A DNA stretch of 64,000 bases, taken from the human T2T-CHM13v2.0 reference genome, Homo sapiens. Every line of letters begins with the position of its first letter. Position 1 is the first letter of the stretch. The notes beneath the pieces are model-generated. The model was not told where the DNA came from. It ran no database searches and saw only the letters and a list, made by a program, of their open reading frames with translations. Location: NCBI RefSeq assembly GCF_009914755.1, contig NC_060927.1; one strand, given 5' to 3'. Below, one piece after another: positions 35,676-50,046 of the stretch. The position numbers were made by a program, and so were the translations under genes.

Positions 35676-36594
35676 GGTGACCGCTGTAGCCCTACGTGCA
35701 GTGAGGCTTGTCTAATTCAATTACAGGTTCAAGTGTATTTTTCATCTCAAACCTCTAATATTTCTTTGGAGTTGAGTTGCTTAGCATGTGGAATTTCTCC
35801 AGCTGTCAGTAGCCTGATGATTTTATGGTTGTTATAGTAAATTGCTATCATTTTACATATTGACTGGGCATTCTTTCTGTTACAGCCTTCTTTATCAACA
35901 ATTAAAATATGTAACTCCAAAAATAGCCTTCTTGTGAAAGTGAAGTCTGAGCTAATCATTGTGTTCAGCCACTTTCAACTTTATTTCTCTCAAAATTGTT
36001 ACAGTGATTGCCCTCAAGCTTTGTATTGTTCATTTTTGTTGTTGTTGTTGTTGTTGTTGCTGCTCTTTTTTCTCCATGATTTTAGCAAAAGAAGTAAACT
36101 CAACTGTATTGGTCACGGTCAGCCCATTCAATGACAAGGGTGTCTGTCTGGCTTCACCTTCAGGCTATTTTAGTGTGCAGCTATAGGAGGCAGAGGAAAC
36201 GTGGGTGGTGTAGTTTCTAAAACACGCTGACTTGCTGATTGATAATTCAGGGTTATTAGTGTAACAAAGCGTAGTGGAAACTCCTACTCCTGCTGCACCA
36301 TACAGTTACAGACCCTACCATACTCTTGGTCTCATTTAAGGAACCATTAACACCTTCACTGCTGAAAAGCAGGATTTATAAGCATAAGTCATCCACCTCT
36401 AAATATTTTAACATTTAAAATGCCTGATTCAAAAGATACAGTTTTTGTTGTTTTTAACTAGTTAAAAATAAATCCTAAGAAAATATATTTAAATATTGCA
36501 AATGCCACTTCTAAACCAAAATACCTGAGAATATTTTTTGTCTTTTTAATAACGATTTTACCATTCATTTTATTTAAAAACATTTCTCAGCATA

Positions 36595-36759
36595 GCAGGG
36601 CACTGTATGGTCTCTGATGCACTACTCAACCCTCTAGTTGTAGTAGAGGGAGCCACAGACAGTACATAAATGCATTGGGCAGAGCTATATTCCAGTGAAA
36701 CTTTATTTACCACCATAGGCATGGGATTTGGCCCATGGGTTGTAGTTTGCCAATCCCTG
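36595..36759 (-). mobile_element. MER58A-like hAT-Charlie element
   Basis: gatttggcccatgggttgtagtttgccaatccctg terminus. Confidence 0.75.
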
Positions 36760-36967
36760 ACACAGACCAACATAGACTGGGGGCTGGATGAAAAACAAAT
36801 AACGATGTGTCATTTCTTTCTTTAACATAAAATAAATTCAATATGGTACAACACTGATTTTTGGAAAGTTGCTCAGAATGTTTAATTGCCTACAGTTTCT
36901 CACCACAAAGTTTTTTATTTTTACTTCAGATTTTAAAATTCAGCACTAAAGGCATTGAACCATTGAA

Positions 36968-37010
36968 AATAAAATTTTATTAAACTGCTTTTTTCCCCTA
37001 CTTTTGGCTG
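36968..37010 (+). terminator. Candidate distal polyadenylation signal
   Basis: AATAAA 36968-36973 and ATTAAA 36979-36984, followed by U-rich sequence just before the first downstream Alu. Confidence 0.5.
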
Positions 37011-37074
37011 ATTAAACCAGACCCATAATACTAATACTTTAAAGACAATCTTTATAGGCAGTTTTTAAATTAAA

Positions 37075-37213
37075 TTTTTTTTTTTTTGGTCTGTAGCAAC
37101 AAGGTCTCACTGTGTTGCCCAGGCTGGTCTCAAACTCCTGGCCTCAAGTGATCCTCTCACCACAGCCTCCAAAACTGCTAGGATTATATAGGCTTGAGCC
37201 ACTGTAGCCAGCC
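37075..37213 (-). mobile_element. FLAM Alu monomer
   Basis: Single left-arm Alu. Confidence 0.8.
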
Positions 37214-37296
37214 AACACAGATTTTAAGTGATAAATATATTACATTGCACATTTCACATCTACTTGTACATCAGACCATTTAAAAATGTGTTATTA

Positions 37297-37589
37297 GGCC
37301 AGGCTTGGTGGCTCACACCTGTAATCCTAGCTTGGGACGCCGAGGTAGAGATTGCTTGAGCCCAGGATTTCGAGACCAGCCTAAGCAACATGACAAAACC
37401 CAGGCTCTACAAAAAAATACAAAAATGAGCTGGGCATGGTGGTGCACGCCTGTAGTCCCCGCCACTCGGGAGGCTTAGGTCAGAGGATCACCTGAACCCA
37501 GGAAGTCGAGGCTGCAGTGAGCCATAATTGCGCCAGTGCACCCCAGCCTGGGCAACAGAGCAAGACGCTGTCTCAAAAACAAAACAAAA
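37297..37589 (+). mobile_element. AluJ
   Basis: Forward Alu dimer. Confidence 0.9.
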
Positions 37590-40500
37590 TTTGTGATATT
37601 TAGGAACCAAAGATTACAACAACTCTAGTAGGAATTCTAGTCACTGACCTGTTTGTTTTCCTGTGACCCATTTTTAGGTTTAATGCCCATCTGTGATATG
37701 AAGAGGCTGTAAAACTTCTCTCCCCAACTTTATGATTTATTCATACTTCATGACAAATGTACACAGCCCTCAAAATGTAAAAGCTAGAGAAACTCCAGAG
37801 AAACCAACAAACTTAGTAGAGCTGAAGTCTAGATTTCAAATAACATGGTCATTTTACTTGAAATCTGTAATTGCAGCAGGCAATACAATTCCAATAAATT
37901 TTTTAAAATGCATGTAAAATAAGATTTAAGAGTAATTTGACACTCAGTAAACAAAATTGTTTAGCTTAAAAATACAGGGATAACATTTCTAAAATTTAGG
38001 AATTATTTTGTACCATAATAATGCTGAATTTTTCACACTAGTTACTGCTAGATATAGTATTTGTAGCTATGTTAGATAAAATGTTGGCAGATCCTTGACT
38101 GAGGCAAGACCATTGGTTATTGAGGAAATGGTTTGAGATTATATTTGTTGATCTTAAATCATTCAAAACGTTGTGTCCTTAATTTGTCATCAAGCTGCAA
38201 ACAAGGGGAAGATTTTTATCTGTTCTACAGGAATCCACTGATGATAGCAACTGCAGAAGTAGTCAGTCTTTTCTTCTTATTCCAAGATTAGGAAGTAAAC
38301 ATAGAAGTTCATCACGTAAACTTATTTAGGAATTAAAAAGAAAGGAAATAATATGTATTCAGGATGTACTATACCAGGCTATAATAAGTCATCTAATAAA
38401 AGCTCAGCCTACCTTTTAAGGGTGTAGGTGGCCCTCAGTCGCAAAAAGCTAACCAGGTGCCAAAGCGAGATTCCCATTCAAGCATGTGACACCAGAGCCC
38501 TTACTGTCAACGACAAAACCACATAAACCTTTCCTTTGACTATGAGGGCATACCATAAAAATGAATTGGCATAATTCAGTCTTAGAGTCAAGGAGGAGCA
38601 CAATTCCTAGGTGGTGGGGTTTTGCCATCTTCAAAAAATGGGAAAAAAAAATGTTGAAGAAAATGTGGACTTGATATTAGATGGGAGACCAAACAGGAGG
38701 GACCAGCATTCTGATCTTAGAGGTACTGCATGCAGATTTGATCAGCCATGGGGAAACAGGTCAGTTGGAAAACCCCTGAACTTCTCTGCATCTCAGTACT
38801 GCAATAAGAGGGGTGTTAATTATTGTCAGGCATGGCAACTTTTTGATGTCTGTATCTTTAAAAAGAGAGGTCTTCATACTTAATACTGAAAACAGTTGAA
38901 ATTGCACCCAAAAAGCCCTACCAGATATCCTGACCACCTGCATTTTATTTCAAGGTAGCTTTGTAACTGTCAAAATGTCCTTACTGTACAGAACACTTTC
39001 ATATGTGGACCAGGACTGCGAGCTGAATGAGCACACCCTATACCTCAGCTAGTCCTAGAATTGTCCTCAGAGGCATTGAAGAGCTGACCTAGTTATATTC
39101 TGAACCCTAACATTTTAAGCTACATCAGATCTGGAATCTTTGGGAGTTGAGACCATCAAGGAGCTTAGAGTAGCTTGGCCTCTGAGGACCTTCCATGGTA
39201 GCCATGCATTTCCCCACATCCATGCCGCCACCTTGGGAGCCAACTGGAACATTCATTCTCTGTTAAGTAGAAGGAATGTTCACATTCCTTTCACTCTCAC
39301 GTTCCCCCATGAGCACTGGTAATGTGGGTTAAGGTTATCTTAAAACAGAATGTCTTACGTCTCAGGAACCCCTTGGTCCTGGACAAACCAAGACTGTTGG
39401 TCACATGAGCTTTTGTGCTCAGAGTACCAAGGTTAAGATCTTAGGCAATGCCTGGGACCAGTTTTTCCCATAGAAATATTTAACTTAAGGACAGTGTTTT
39501 CCTTGATGCACAATGATGGCTTTAGAAGGGATCTTCTATCTGAAAAACCCTGCCCCTCTCTGTGGCTTCCACACCTAGGCCTCTTCATTCATTTCCTGCT
39601 TCTGAAGGCCTCTGAGGGATTTAAACCAACTGCAGCCTTTCTTTACATCTCTGAACATGGCTTAAGGTATGTATGTCTTTCTGTGAAGGAACAGGAGTAG
39701 TCTGAAGACTAATAAGCTTTTTGAGAGGATTTCTCAAAAGGAACGTGTGAATTTTTAAACATGGGACCCACACAGGAAAATGGGGGAGATGTGGTAACCA
39801 CCGATCTCTCTTGTTTATAAATCCATACAGTCAAAGTGGGGGCCAACCCCAATTATTCCAGAATGCCCAGTGTCAGAGTTTTCACTTCTGGTTACAGAAG
39901 GAAACCTTACCCACTAACCTTGGCAACCTTTAGAGCTGTGTGACTCCCAGCCCCCGTCTCACAGCATCCCCTCCTTCCCCTTAACATGACCCTCATCCAT
40001 CTTTTTAAAAATTAGATAGGAGGTTAGAGTTCAGGATGACAATCACATCCTGGTTTACAGGAAATTGAGACCTCCTGAGAAATCATGTCAAGCTATGCAA
40101 CAGAAAAGTAACAGATGCTTTACAATTGGTGCCTCTGAGCACATTGAGAAACACCAACCAAGATTCTTTTCCTTAATCCGTAGTTGTACAAAGGGGCAGT
40201 GAGAGGTCACACTCTGCTGGTGAGCCTGCCGCTGTGCTAAAATTGCCTAGAAGTAAGATGATCACATTCTTCGTTGTCTGTTTGGTCTCCAACTTGAAAC
40301 TACTGACAAACAGGTAAATACATGATGACGATGGCTGCCACCATGAACTTTGACAATTTTATTCTCTTTCCTTTAGACCAACAGCTGACTTTATGCTCAC
40401 CACCAAACAGCCCTCAAGTACTGCGATTTGAAAATCAAAGCAGTGTATGGTCAGTTATTAGAAACCTGTGATGAGAAACTCCAGAAGCCATTATTAATTC

Positions 40501-41149
40501 CCCAGAGACCCCATTCACTTTAAGCAATCTATGAGGAAATTATGTTAAATTCAAGCATGACTGTGCATTTTTACTTAAATGTAAAACATATGCCTGTATT
40601 AAAGAATCCCCAAATTCCCATGTGTTCTTAATGGGTGTAGTAAAATACTAGGGTGTACTTGTCAGTCCAGATTTGGGCTACTGGATTTGGAGGCAGTGGT
40701 AATGTTTAGTTATTGCTTGGAATTTTTTTATAGATTTATGGGGTTACAAGTTAATTTCTGTTACGTGGATAGCTTACAGATTTTTAATGGGAGAGAGAAG
40801 AAATAGGTTTATATAAAAATTGTTTTTTAATATAACAAAATTTTTATAAAGTGAATATTTTTAAAGTACATTTACATAAAGATGCTACCTTGCTAGGTAC
40901 TACAAAATAAAGACTGTATGTATTAAACCCCCAATATGTTTGCAAGCAATTTGCACTTGATTTTTTTTGTAGATTAAGAGGTCACAGGGTAAGTTGCTGG
41001 GTCAGCACAGTCAAGGGAGAATCAGAAATGGGTTCTAGTTAAGAAGAATAGAAATTTTGTCAGAGTGCTATTATTATTATTTATGGCAAGAGATTGAGAG
41101 TGTGTCCTCTATTTAGGGAAGATGAATGGGGAACTATGATTCCTTCTGA

Positions 41150-41980
41150 GGCAGAGTCTATAAATTATCCCTAATATCCATTCTCCTTTTCTTCCTTTTA
41201 TTATAAATAGAACTATTGGAATTTCAGCAGGGCATGTGGCCACCCCACTAGAAACTAAATTCCTCAACCACCATGTGATAGGTTGATTACAAAAAATGGT
41301 CCCAATCCTTCCCAGTATCTACATCCTTTGCAGCTTTTCTCATGGGAAGGTGGAGTCTTTGTTCCCCACCACTTGGCTGGCCTTGTGACTTGCTTTGACC
41401 AGGAGACTCTGGAAGTTATCTTGTGCCAGTTTCCAGCCTTGGCCTCCAGAAGTCTTACACACTTCCCCACTTTCTTGGATTCCTTCCATGCCTTGAGAGT
41501 AAGCCCCAGGCTAGCCTACTAGAAGGTATGAGATCATGTGGAGAAGAACTGAGACGATCCTAGACCAACCAATCCTCCAGTACATGCAGGAACCCAGCCA
41601 AGATCAGAGCCACCTACTGTGTGGCTGATAGCAGGTGCTGCATCAGCCCAACCAAGACCAGATAAACTGTCCACCTGATCCTTATATTTGTGAGCAACAA
41701 TAGAAGGTATTGACTTAAGCCAGTAAGCCAGTGATTTGTTACACAGCAATAACTAACTAATACAGTTCAAGCTAGGCATAGCCGTGGAACAAAATTCTGG
41801 TCAAAAGAAGTGAACCGAAGTGATGGGAGCAAATTTGCAGATCTCGTCTTGTAAAATGAAGCGGCCCACCCTCCTCTCCCTCTTTATTCTTTCCTGTGGT
41901 CTGGAATGGAGGTGTGGTGCTGGTGAGCCCATCGGGACCTTGTCAACAAGGGCAAGAATATGGAGCAGCAAGACCAAAGT
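41150..41980 (+). mobile_element. MLT1-family MaLR LTRs (one copy at about 41276-41764 nested in an older one)
   Basis: aaaaatggtcccaatcc...ccttgtgacttgctttgacc...gcaataactaactaataca. Confidence 0.65.
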
Positions 41981-41984
41981 TGTT

Positions 41985-42215
41985 CAGTTTTGAACCTGTT
42001 GAGATTTAAGTACCTCGAATACATCCAAGTAGAAGTGTTGGGTCACTGGATATACCAGCCTCATATTCAGGAGAGCACACGGCCCAGCATGGTAGCTATG
42101 AAGCTGGGAATCATCAGAGTATAAAGGGGAATGCAATTATGAGAGACGATGAGATTACTTGGGGAGATTAAGGGTAGAATGAGAAGACAAAGAAGACCAG
42201 AACCAAGCCTTGCAG
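41985..42215 (-). mobile_element. L2 fragment
   Basis: gttcagttttgaacctgttgagattt...catccaagtagaag. Confidence 0.6.
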
Positions 42216-42307
42216 GTGAATCACATGGCTCGCCATCTGTCCTGCCCAAAATGTCCTGAGATGACATGTTAAAACATTTTTAAGTGTGCTTATTTTAAAA
42301 ATAATAT

Positions 42308-42893
<586 letters not shown>

Positions 42894-43700
42894 CTATACT
42901 ATTAATGAAAAAAAAATACCATCAGTAGATGAAGTATTCTGAGGAATTATGGGAAGATTAAGCAACTGGAATTATTGATGAAGTCAATAGCAGAAGTGTA
43001 TGCAAAGTAAAATTCATGAGGGAGAACTGCAGAGGTAAGAGCCATACCAGAGTTAAACTTCCTACCTGCTGCTGAAATGCAGGACCTGGAGCTGCTGCCC
43101 TGGACTACAAGATGTTGGAGCTGCAAGGTAGCTGGAGCCTGGGCCCCTGAGACCAGAGCACCGAAGGACCCTGTTCATCCCACCCAGACCCCAGACCTTC
43201 CTGTGAAAGAGAAGTCTGTTTTTATCTTCTTTAACCTACTGCTGTGTTGGAGTTTCTGATCTGTGCAGCTGATCTGAGCCTAACAAACGCACATGCCAAC
43301 TTCACGATGGTGGCCTTGGGGGAGAAGAGGAAACAACACTAAATAGGCACATAGAAAATATTTCAATTTTATCTCTGATTTTTTAGTAAAGATATGCAGC
43401 CAATAAATATGACAAATACACAGATGTTTGTTATAGTATCATCTTTACTTCTCTATGTGTAAATTTTTTTCCAAATTAAAATGTTTAAGGTGAAAAAAAA
43501 TAACTAAGCCTTACCTAAGGGAGGATAGAGTTTCGTTTCTGTATGATACATTTTGGTAAGTTTAGATTTTTAAAAGTGAATGTGCATTACTTTTGTAATC
43601 AGAAGAAAAAGACATAGCAAAAAGGTAAAATTTGGAATGGTGGAAGCAGCCTGGGTAGAAAATTGTTTCAGTAAGAATTGTTTTAACAGGAGATGGACTG

Positions 43701-44000
43701 GGCCGGGCGCGGTGGCTCACGCCTGTAATCCCAGCCCTTTAGGAGGCCAAGGCAGGTGGATCACGAGGTCAGGAGTTTGAGACCAGCCTGACCAACTTGG
43801 TGAAACCCCGTCTCTACTACAAGTACAAAAATTAGCCGGGCGTGGTGGCGGGCGCCTGTAATCCCAGCTATTCAGGAAGCTGAGGGAGGAGACTCACTTG
43901 AACCCTGGAGGCGGAGGTTGCAGTGAGTCGAGATCACTGCACTCCACCCTGGGCGACAGAGCAAGACTCCGTCTCAAAAAAGTAGATAAATAAAATAAAA
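43701..44000 (+). mobile_element. AluS
   Basis: TSD aggagatggactg at 43688-43700 and 44000-44012. Confidence 0.95.
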
Positions 44001-44129
44001 GGAGATGGACTGGGGTGGTAGTTTGAGAGAGATGTTTGATCAAGGGAGGAGCTTTAAAAATGGAAGCTACTAGAGCCTGCTTATGATGATAAAAATGACC
44101 TAAAAGAGAAAGAAGGGAAGGGAATGTAC

Positions 44130-44275
44130 ACTTGCTGCTCAGATCATTGACATCACCTGGGAGCTGGTTAGAAATGCAGAATCTTGGGCCCCTGGCCCAG
44201 ACCTGCTGAATCAGACTGTGCATTTTAACAACTCCCCAGGCAATTCACACACACATTACAGGTGGAAAAGCACTA
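44130..44275. mobile_element. MER5A (hAT-Charlie)
   Basis: atcacctgggagctggttagaaatgcagaatcttgggccc...cagacctgctgaatcaga. Confidence 0.85.
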
Positions 44276-45109
44276 AGGAGGGATGCACTGGGGTCACAAG
44301 CCTTTTGGTAGGAAGGGCAACCTCTGTCATTGCAGGAAGGAAGATCCTGTGGGCTGGTGTAGATGCAGGGAGACTTGTTTGTTTGGAAATGGAAAGATGA
44401 GAGAGTCACCCTAACAGTTTCTATTTTCTGAATAAAGAATAAAGCAAGATCACCTTCTAGGAGGCGGGAAGGGAATGTGGGAGGTTGAGAAGAAAGTACG
44501 AAATAGTCATCTCAGAAAGAGAAGAGTGACCTTATAGAAACATGGTAGGATTTCCAACCAAGGTTGAGTGTCCACGAGGAGTGTGAACTCATGACCTAAA
44601 AGAAGTTAAATCTAGTGTCAGCCAAGTTGTGTGGCTTTGTCCAGCAGCGTTCAGCTCATTCAGCACACAAACAAGAGAAGGCAGACAGCCAGATAAGAGA
44701 ATTAAGGGACTGAATTAATGAAGGAACTTGCGAGGAACTGATTTAAGTGATGGATCCTGAAATCCATCCCTGTCATGGGGGTCCACAGGCAAGAGGAGGA
44801 TGGAAGGTAGTAATTACAGATGAAATAGTGGGCTGTCTGGTATTAATACATTTCACTGTGTGATTAGTCTTTAAAGTTTCGTTATTGACAACGTAGTCAA
44901 GTTACTGTAACTGGAACAGATCTCCTGCCATTCTGAGTAGAAGAATTACTCTCCACATGACTCAGGTTTTGAAAACTACTGAGTTTATGCAATTTGGATA
45001 TATGCGCCACTGTATTTCTCCACGAGTATTGAAAATTGAGGAAATTCTGTAGTCTGAATTACCAGTAAAGGCAATACGGGGTGTCCTGAGAAGGGGAAGA
45101 GAAGAATCA

Positions 45110-45300
45110 CTAGCATGCTGGCCTGTGCCACGGTCTTTACATTCATCTCCTTCTCTAATCCCCAGGATAAGCCCTGTAAGAGAGGCATAATCACCCCACA
45201 GTTTACAAGTGAGGAAACTGCCACAGAAAGGTTAAATAACTTGCCCCAGGTTACCCAGCTGGGAAGACTGACCTTGTCAGGATTTCGGCCCCCTGGGTTC
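45110..45300 (-). mobile_element. MIR
   Basis: tttacaagtgaggaaactg...aggttaaataacttgccc. Confidence 0.75.
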
Positions 45301-46765
45301 CAGACCCTTCCTTACACCTTCCCATTACTCTGTAAAAAGATCCTCTTAGTTGTGATCATATGTACAAACAGGTGCACGTGGGCCAGCACACACATTCCAT
45401 AGTTCTGGCCACATTTTGTTTGGCTAACAAAGTAATGAGACACCCTGGACAGTACATTCTTGGGCGGTGATGTGACTTGCGGAAGACGGAGGTTCTCAGG
45501 CATATGGTAGCATTTCTTATCTGTAGATTTAAAAATGTTGCCCTTCTGATTGGGAAAAAATTCTTTTAGTACTATTAATGTAGAAGGCTTGAGATTTTAG
45601 AAAGCTGTGAAAATTGTGTGCCTTTGGGCAATGGAAATAGATCTCTGTGGCAGAATATAAAAGGGTAATCTACTGGGACAAGATTCTGTGTGTGTATTGT
45701 TATTATCACCACCATCATCACAATTACTACCCCTGCTGAATATGTACCCAGTAAATATTCAGCATAAAGCATCGAACACATGGTGTGTATGCATACAAAC
45801 ACAGGTGTGTGTGTATGTGTGTGTATATACAAACATGTAATTTCATTTAATGCTTCCTGTAATCCCCCGAGGTGTATCTTATCCCTATCACATAAAAACC
45901 CAGAGATTTTAACAGAGCCAAGCTTGCGTAGCTGCTAAGTGGCAGAGCTGGGTCTCAAACCCAGGTCTCTGTGGCTGTGAAGCCCCATGTGCAAAAGCAC
46001 AGTGCTGTGCCACCTCCCAGTCCGAGTAAACTTGATACATATAATTGTGTATTTACTAACTGATGAAGTAGGGAATTACTGAGTTTATGCAGCCAAAACC
46101 CTTGAACGTAAGGAACATTCAGCATTGTGTCAAATGGACCCCAGGCAAAGCAAAATATTGTATGCCAGCTCCGCTGGGTGTAATAGCCCGTATTTCCCTA
46201 TTAAGGGAAAAACAAAGCAGGAGGAAGTTAGAGCAATCCTTACAGATCAGGGTATTTGGAAGAAGGCAACACAAATCGGTCCCAGAAAAGCGCGGAGTCA
46301 CCTCTGCCCTGCAGGAGCCGGCCATGGTCAGCTCTGTGTCTTCTCTTCCTTCTGGCAGTGGGTTTGTTTCTCTGTTTTTCTTTTCTTTTCTTTTTTTTTC
46401 CCAATCCCCATGGAAAGATTTCCAGTCGTTTTATAGCTGAATTCAGTGGAAAAGTAATGTTTATTCACCTCACAGCCAATTTGGACAGAGCACATTTCTA
46501 TTCCATAAAGCAAGGCATTGGTACATTCATGATTCAGAATTACAGGCACATTCCTTGCGTACAGTTGTGTTTCAGCCTGGATAAAATTAAAATGTCACTT
46601 TCCTTTTTCTTTCCTGTGGATTCGCTTGAGTTGCTCTCATTAGGCAGAACTGGCACTCTTGGGAGAAATGCCAGGCTTCAGAATGAAGGCCTGGTAAATG
46701 TAACCTCATCAAGTTGCAGTAGCCGGAAAACAAGACATGAGGTGAACATCGGCATTAAGTGCACT

Positions 46766-46818
46766 TCTCTCTCTCTGTCTCTCACACACACACACACACA
46801 CATGCACATACACACACA
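46766..46818. repeat. (TC)n(CA)n microsatellite
   Basis: tctctctctctgtctctcacacacacacac. Confidence 0.9.
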
Positions 46819-48549
46819 ATCTGCCTTCCTTTCTGCCACTTTACTGAATCCACTCACAGATCACCAGTCATCAGCACCAACAGCATCTTCTAGAAGCTGA
46901 TCTTCAGGCCTCCATAGCAGCCCATGCTGTTAACCCTCCTTCCTGAACTTCTTTTCTCCCTGGGCTCTGGTTCGAATCTCACGTGCCCCAAAGGTGACCT
47001 TCCACACTTCTGAATGTTTCTGATCCCTGGTTTTCTATCCTGTGTCTTCTCTCCTTCTCTCTTCCTTGGTGATCTCAGGCACTCAATATGCATGCATTTA
47101 TTGCATCCCTAGACCACGTACAGTTGCAGAAGAACCGCAAAGATAAAGATGAAGCCTATCCTGTAAGGAACCGGATCTGTCTGATACTGTGAATTGTTCC
47201 CTTAAGTGGAAGTAATTCCAGCAGATTTCCCGTCCCCAAAAGGATGCAGACAAGAGAGCATGGGCTTTGGAATCGGACGAGCGGGGATTGAGGCCAGTTC
47301 CATAACCTCTCACCCCTGGGTTCCTTTCTACAAACTGGAAATGAAAACACCCACTTTATGAGGTTATATTTTAAAGTTTCTGTCAAATAGTAGGTGCTGA
47401 ATAAATGTTATTATCTACCTCTCTCCTTTCCCAAATTCTTATTCTGACAAGATTTATTGATCTCCTCGTATGGGCAGCCAGACTCTCCTTCATGAGCCAG
47501 TGGGCGTGGCTGCAGCTGCTTGCCCCATTCCTATCCAGTATTCTTCACCTGGAATACCTTAAAAAGGCTAAAATTTAATTAAAAGAGGACGAGAAAGAAA
47601 ATGAGTTAAGTAGGGGGTAGGGTAGAAGCACCGGATCCGTGGAGACTGAGGGGTTGTTCCCAGAAGTGATATAATTCTGGTGAAATTTGTTTCAGATATT
47701 TCATTGGTGTCTGTGTTAAAGCTGCTACTCCACCTTCACAGCTCTAGAAGGATACGCAAAACAGATGAATTGTGGGCCTACAGAGGGGGGATTTCGGATA
47801 TTGTGAGTTAGAACTGGGAAGAAAACTTTTTACCACATACCTTTTAGCATGATGTGAATTTTAACCACGTGCAACTACTATATTTTCAAAAAATAAAACT
47901 AACCAACCAGAAAACAACATAGTTCTCTTTAGCAAACAGTTTGAGGACAATTGGAAGCACCATCTTTATGCTAAACTTAGCACCTTTCTCTTTTGCTAAG
48001 AATAAACCAAAATTAGCTCAGAAAGATGCCTGATCGCCAAGAGTTTGCCGACACCCAGGTGTGTCATGAGCCTCAAGACAGAACCCGGGTGCGTTGCAAA
48101 CCTCATCTTTAATCGGCTGCAGGAAGCTCTATCCAGCTGCCGCACCGCAGGGTTCGCTTCACTGATGTGAGAGTGGGAATCAGGGATCAGGTTCCAGCCT
48201 GGGCCCTGGTGCTGTCTGGCCTTCAGCTCTCTGGGCCTCACTTTTTCTTTTATGAAATGTGATTTGTAAGGTCACTCTCTGATCCTCTGATCTGTGTACT
48301 GTGTCGGTAGAGTAATTAGACCTCATCCTCCCCTCCCAAGCCCTAGTGGACCACAGCCTTTCTCTGTTTCCACCCTATGAGGGCCTGAGATTCTCATGCT
48401 GAGAGTGCCTTCTTGGCTTTTGATGTAATTTCTAGAAATGCCCCTCAGACCCCATCAAGATTAAATATAGTATGTATTTTCCAAAGGCAGTTTTCAGCTA
48501 CAGGAGATAAGAAAAAGATTTGGAGTAATACATTGGCAAACAGTGATTT

Positions 48550-48860
48550 TATTTATTTATGTTTTGTTTTGTTTTGTTTTGTTTTTTGAAACAGGGTCTC
48601 ACTCTGTTGCCCAGGCTGGAGTACAGTGGTACTCACTGTAGCCTCGACATCCCAGGCTCAGGTGATCCTCCTACCTCAGCCGACCAAGTAGCTGGGGCTA
48701 TATGCATGCACCACTACCCCGGGCTAATCTTTGTATTTTTTGCAGAGACGAGGTTTTGCCATGTTGCCCAGGCTTGTCACAAACTCCAGGGCTCAAGCAA
48801 TCCACCCACCTCAGCCTCTCAAAGTCCTGGGATTACCGGTGTGAGCCACCATGGCTGGCC
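48550..48860 (-). mobile_element. AluJ with (TTTTG)n tail
   Basis: Reverse Alu dimer. Confidence 0.9.
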
Positions 48861-49120
48861 AAAACACTTATTTTAATAGTCATGTTTTTATATTTATTAC
48901 ATTACATTATTTATGTTTGTAATGTATTTTATGTATTATGTTTATCATCAACTTCTTTATGCCATGTGATACTGGTTTTCTGTTCATGGTATACAGTATT
49001 ATGGTATTAGGTAAAAAAAAAAAAGAGCTAATGGCAAATTAATAGTATAGGTCTCATATTATTCAAGAGAACAATTATAAAGGTGGTCTAAAAAATGACT
49101 GAGGTTTGAGAAACATTGAC

Positions 49121-49560
49121 TGCTATGGGTCAAGTTGCATCCCCTGAAGTCCATATGTTGAGTCCTGACTCCTTGTATCTCAGTATGTGAGCTTATTTGG
49201 AAACAGGGTTGTTTGCAGATGTCATTAGTTAAGATCAGGTCACACTGGAGTAGGTACCTACTGGGCAGGGCTCCTAATCAATTATGACTGATGTCCTTGT
49301 AAAAGGGAAGATTGGACACAGATGTGCACACAGGGAGAACGCCACGTGAAGACTGGAGTTGTGCTGCCACAGCCTAGGAGCTCCCAGAGCCAGAGAGAGG
49401 CCTGCAACAGACCCATCCCTAGCACCCACCGAGTGAATGTGGCACTGTTGACACCTTGATCTCAGACTTCTAGCTTCCAGAACTGGGAGGCAATGTGTTT
49501 TAATATATTTAAGCCTCCTAGGTTGTGGCCTTTTTTATGGCAGCCCTAGAAAATGAATAT
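49121..49560 (+). mobile_element. MLT1 (A/B/C-like) MaLR solo LTR
   Basis: tgctatggg...acaccttgatctcagacttctagcttccagaactg...ggcagccctagaaaatgaata. Confidence 0.85.
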
Positions 49561-50046
49561 GTTAATGTAGATGGTTTGCGTTGCCCTGGGAAAATGGAAC
49601 AAGAGAAAGATGCACAGATGAAATAACTTGGGGAAGAAGTTTGCGAATATCTCCAAACCACCAAGCATTGTCTCAACCTTTAGCAACTAGAGAGAGTGTT
49701 TCTGTCCTTGGCTGGAGGAAGCAGGTGACTCAGTGTCTGTCAGGATGCTGCTCCACTCCGGGCTTATTTGATTGGAGGACTGTGCACCTTCAGGGCTGGA
49801 CTCACTACCTCGACCTAAGGAAGCTTTCTTGGAGTCTCCTTTCCAATAAGTAGGGTGTTAGGCTTAGGCTGGAGTTCTTCAGAGTCTTTTTTACCTCATC
49901 CCTAACTTTGCCAGGACCCTGCACCAAGAATTAAACACTTCTTTAACATCATTTAAATATCAGTGTGCAGGAAGGAGCAGAAAGAAAAGAAAATCATTTA
50001 AGTAAGCTAACCACTGCCATCAATCTCTGTGCAATTTGATAACCGC

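Noticed and set aside
46256-46900. 214-aa plus-strand ORF
   Set aside because: Runs through T-rich and (TC)(CA) simple repeats, has no recognisable domain and no supporting gene structure
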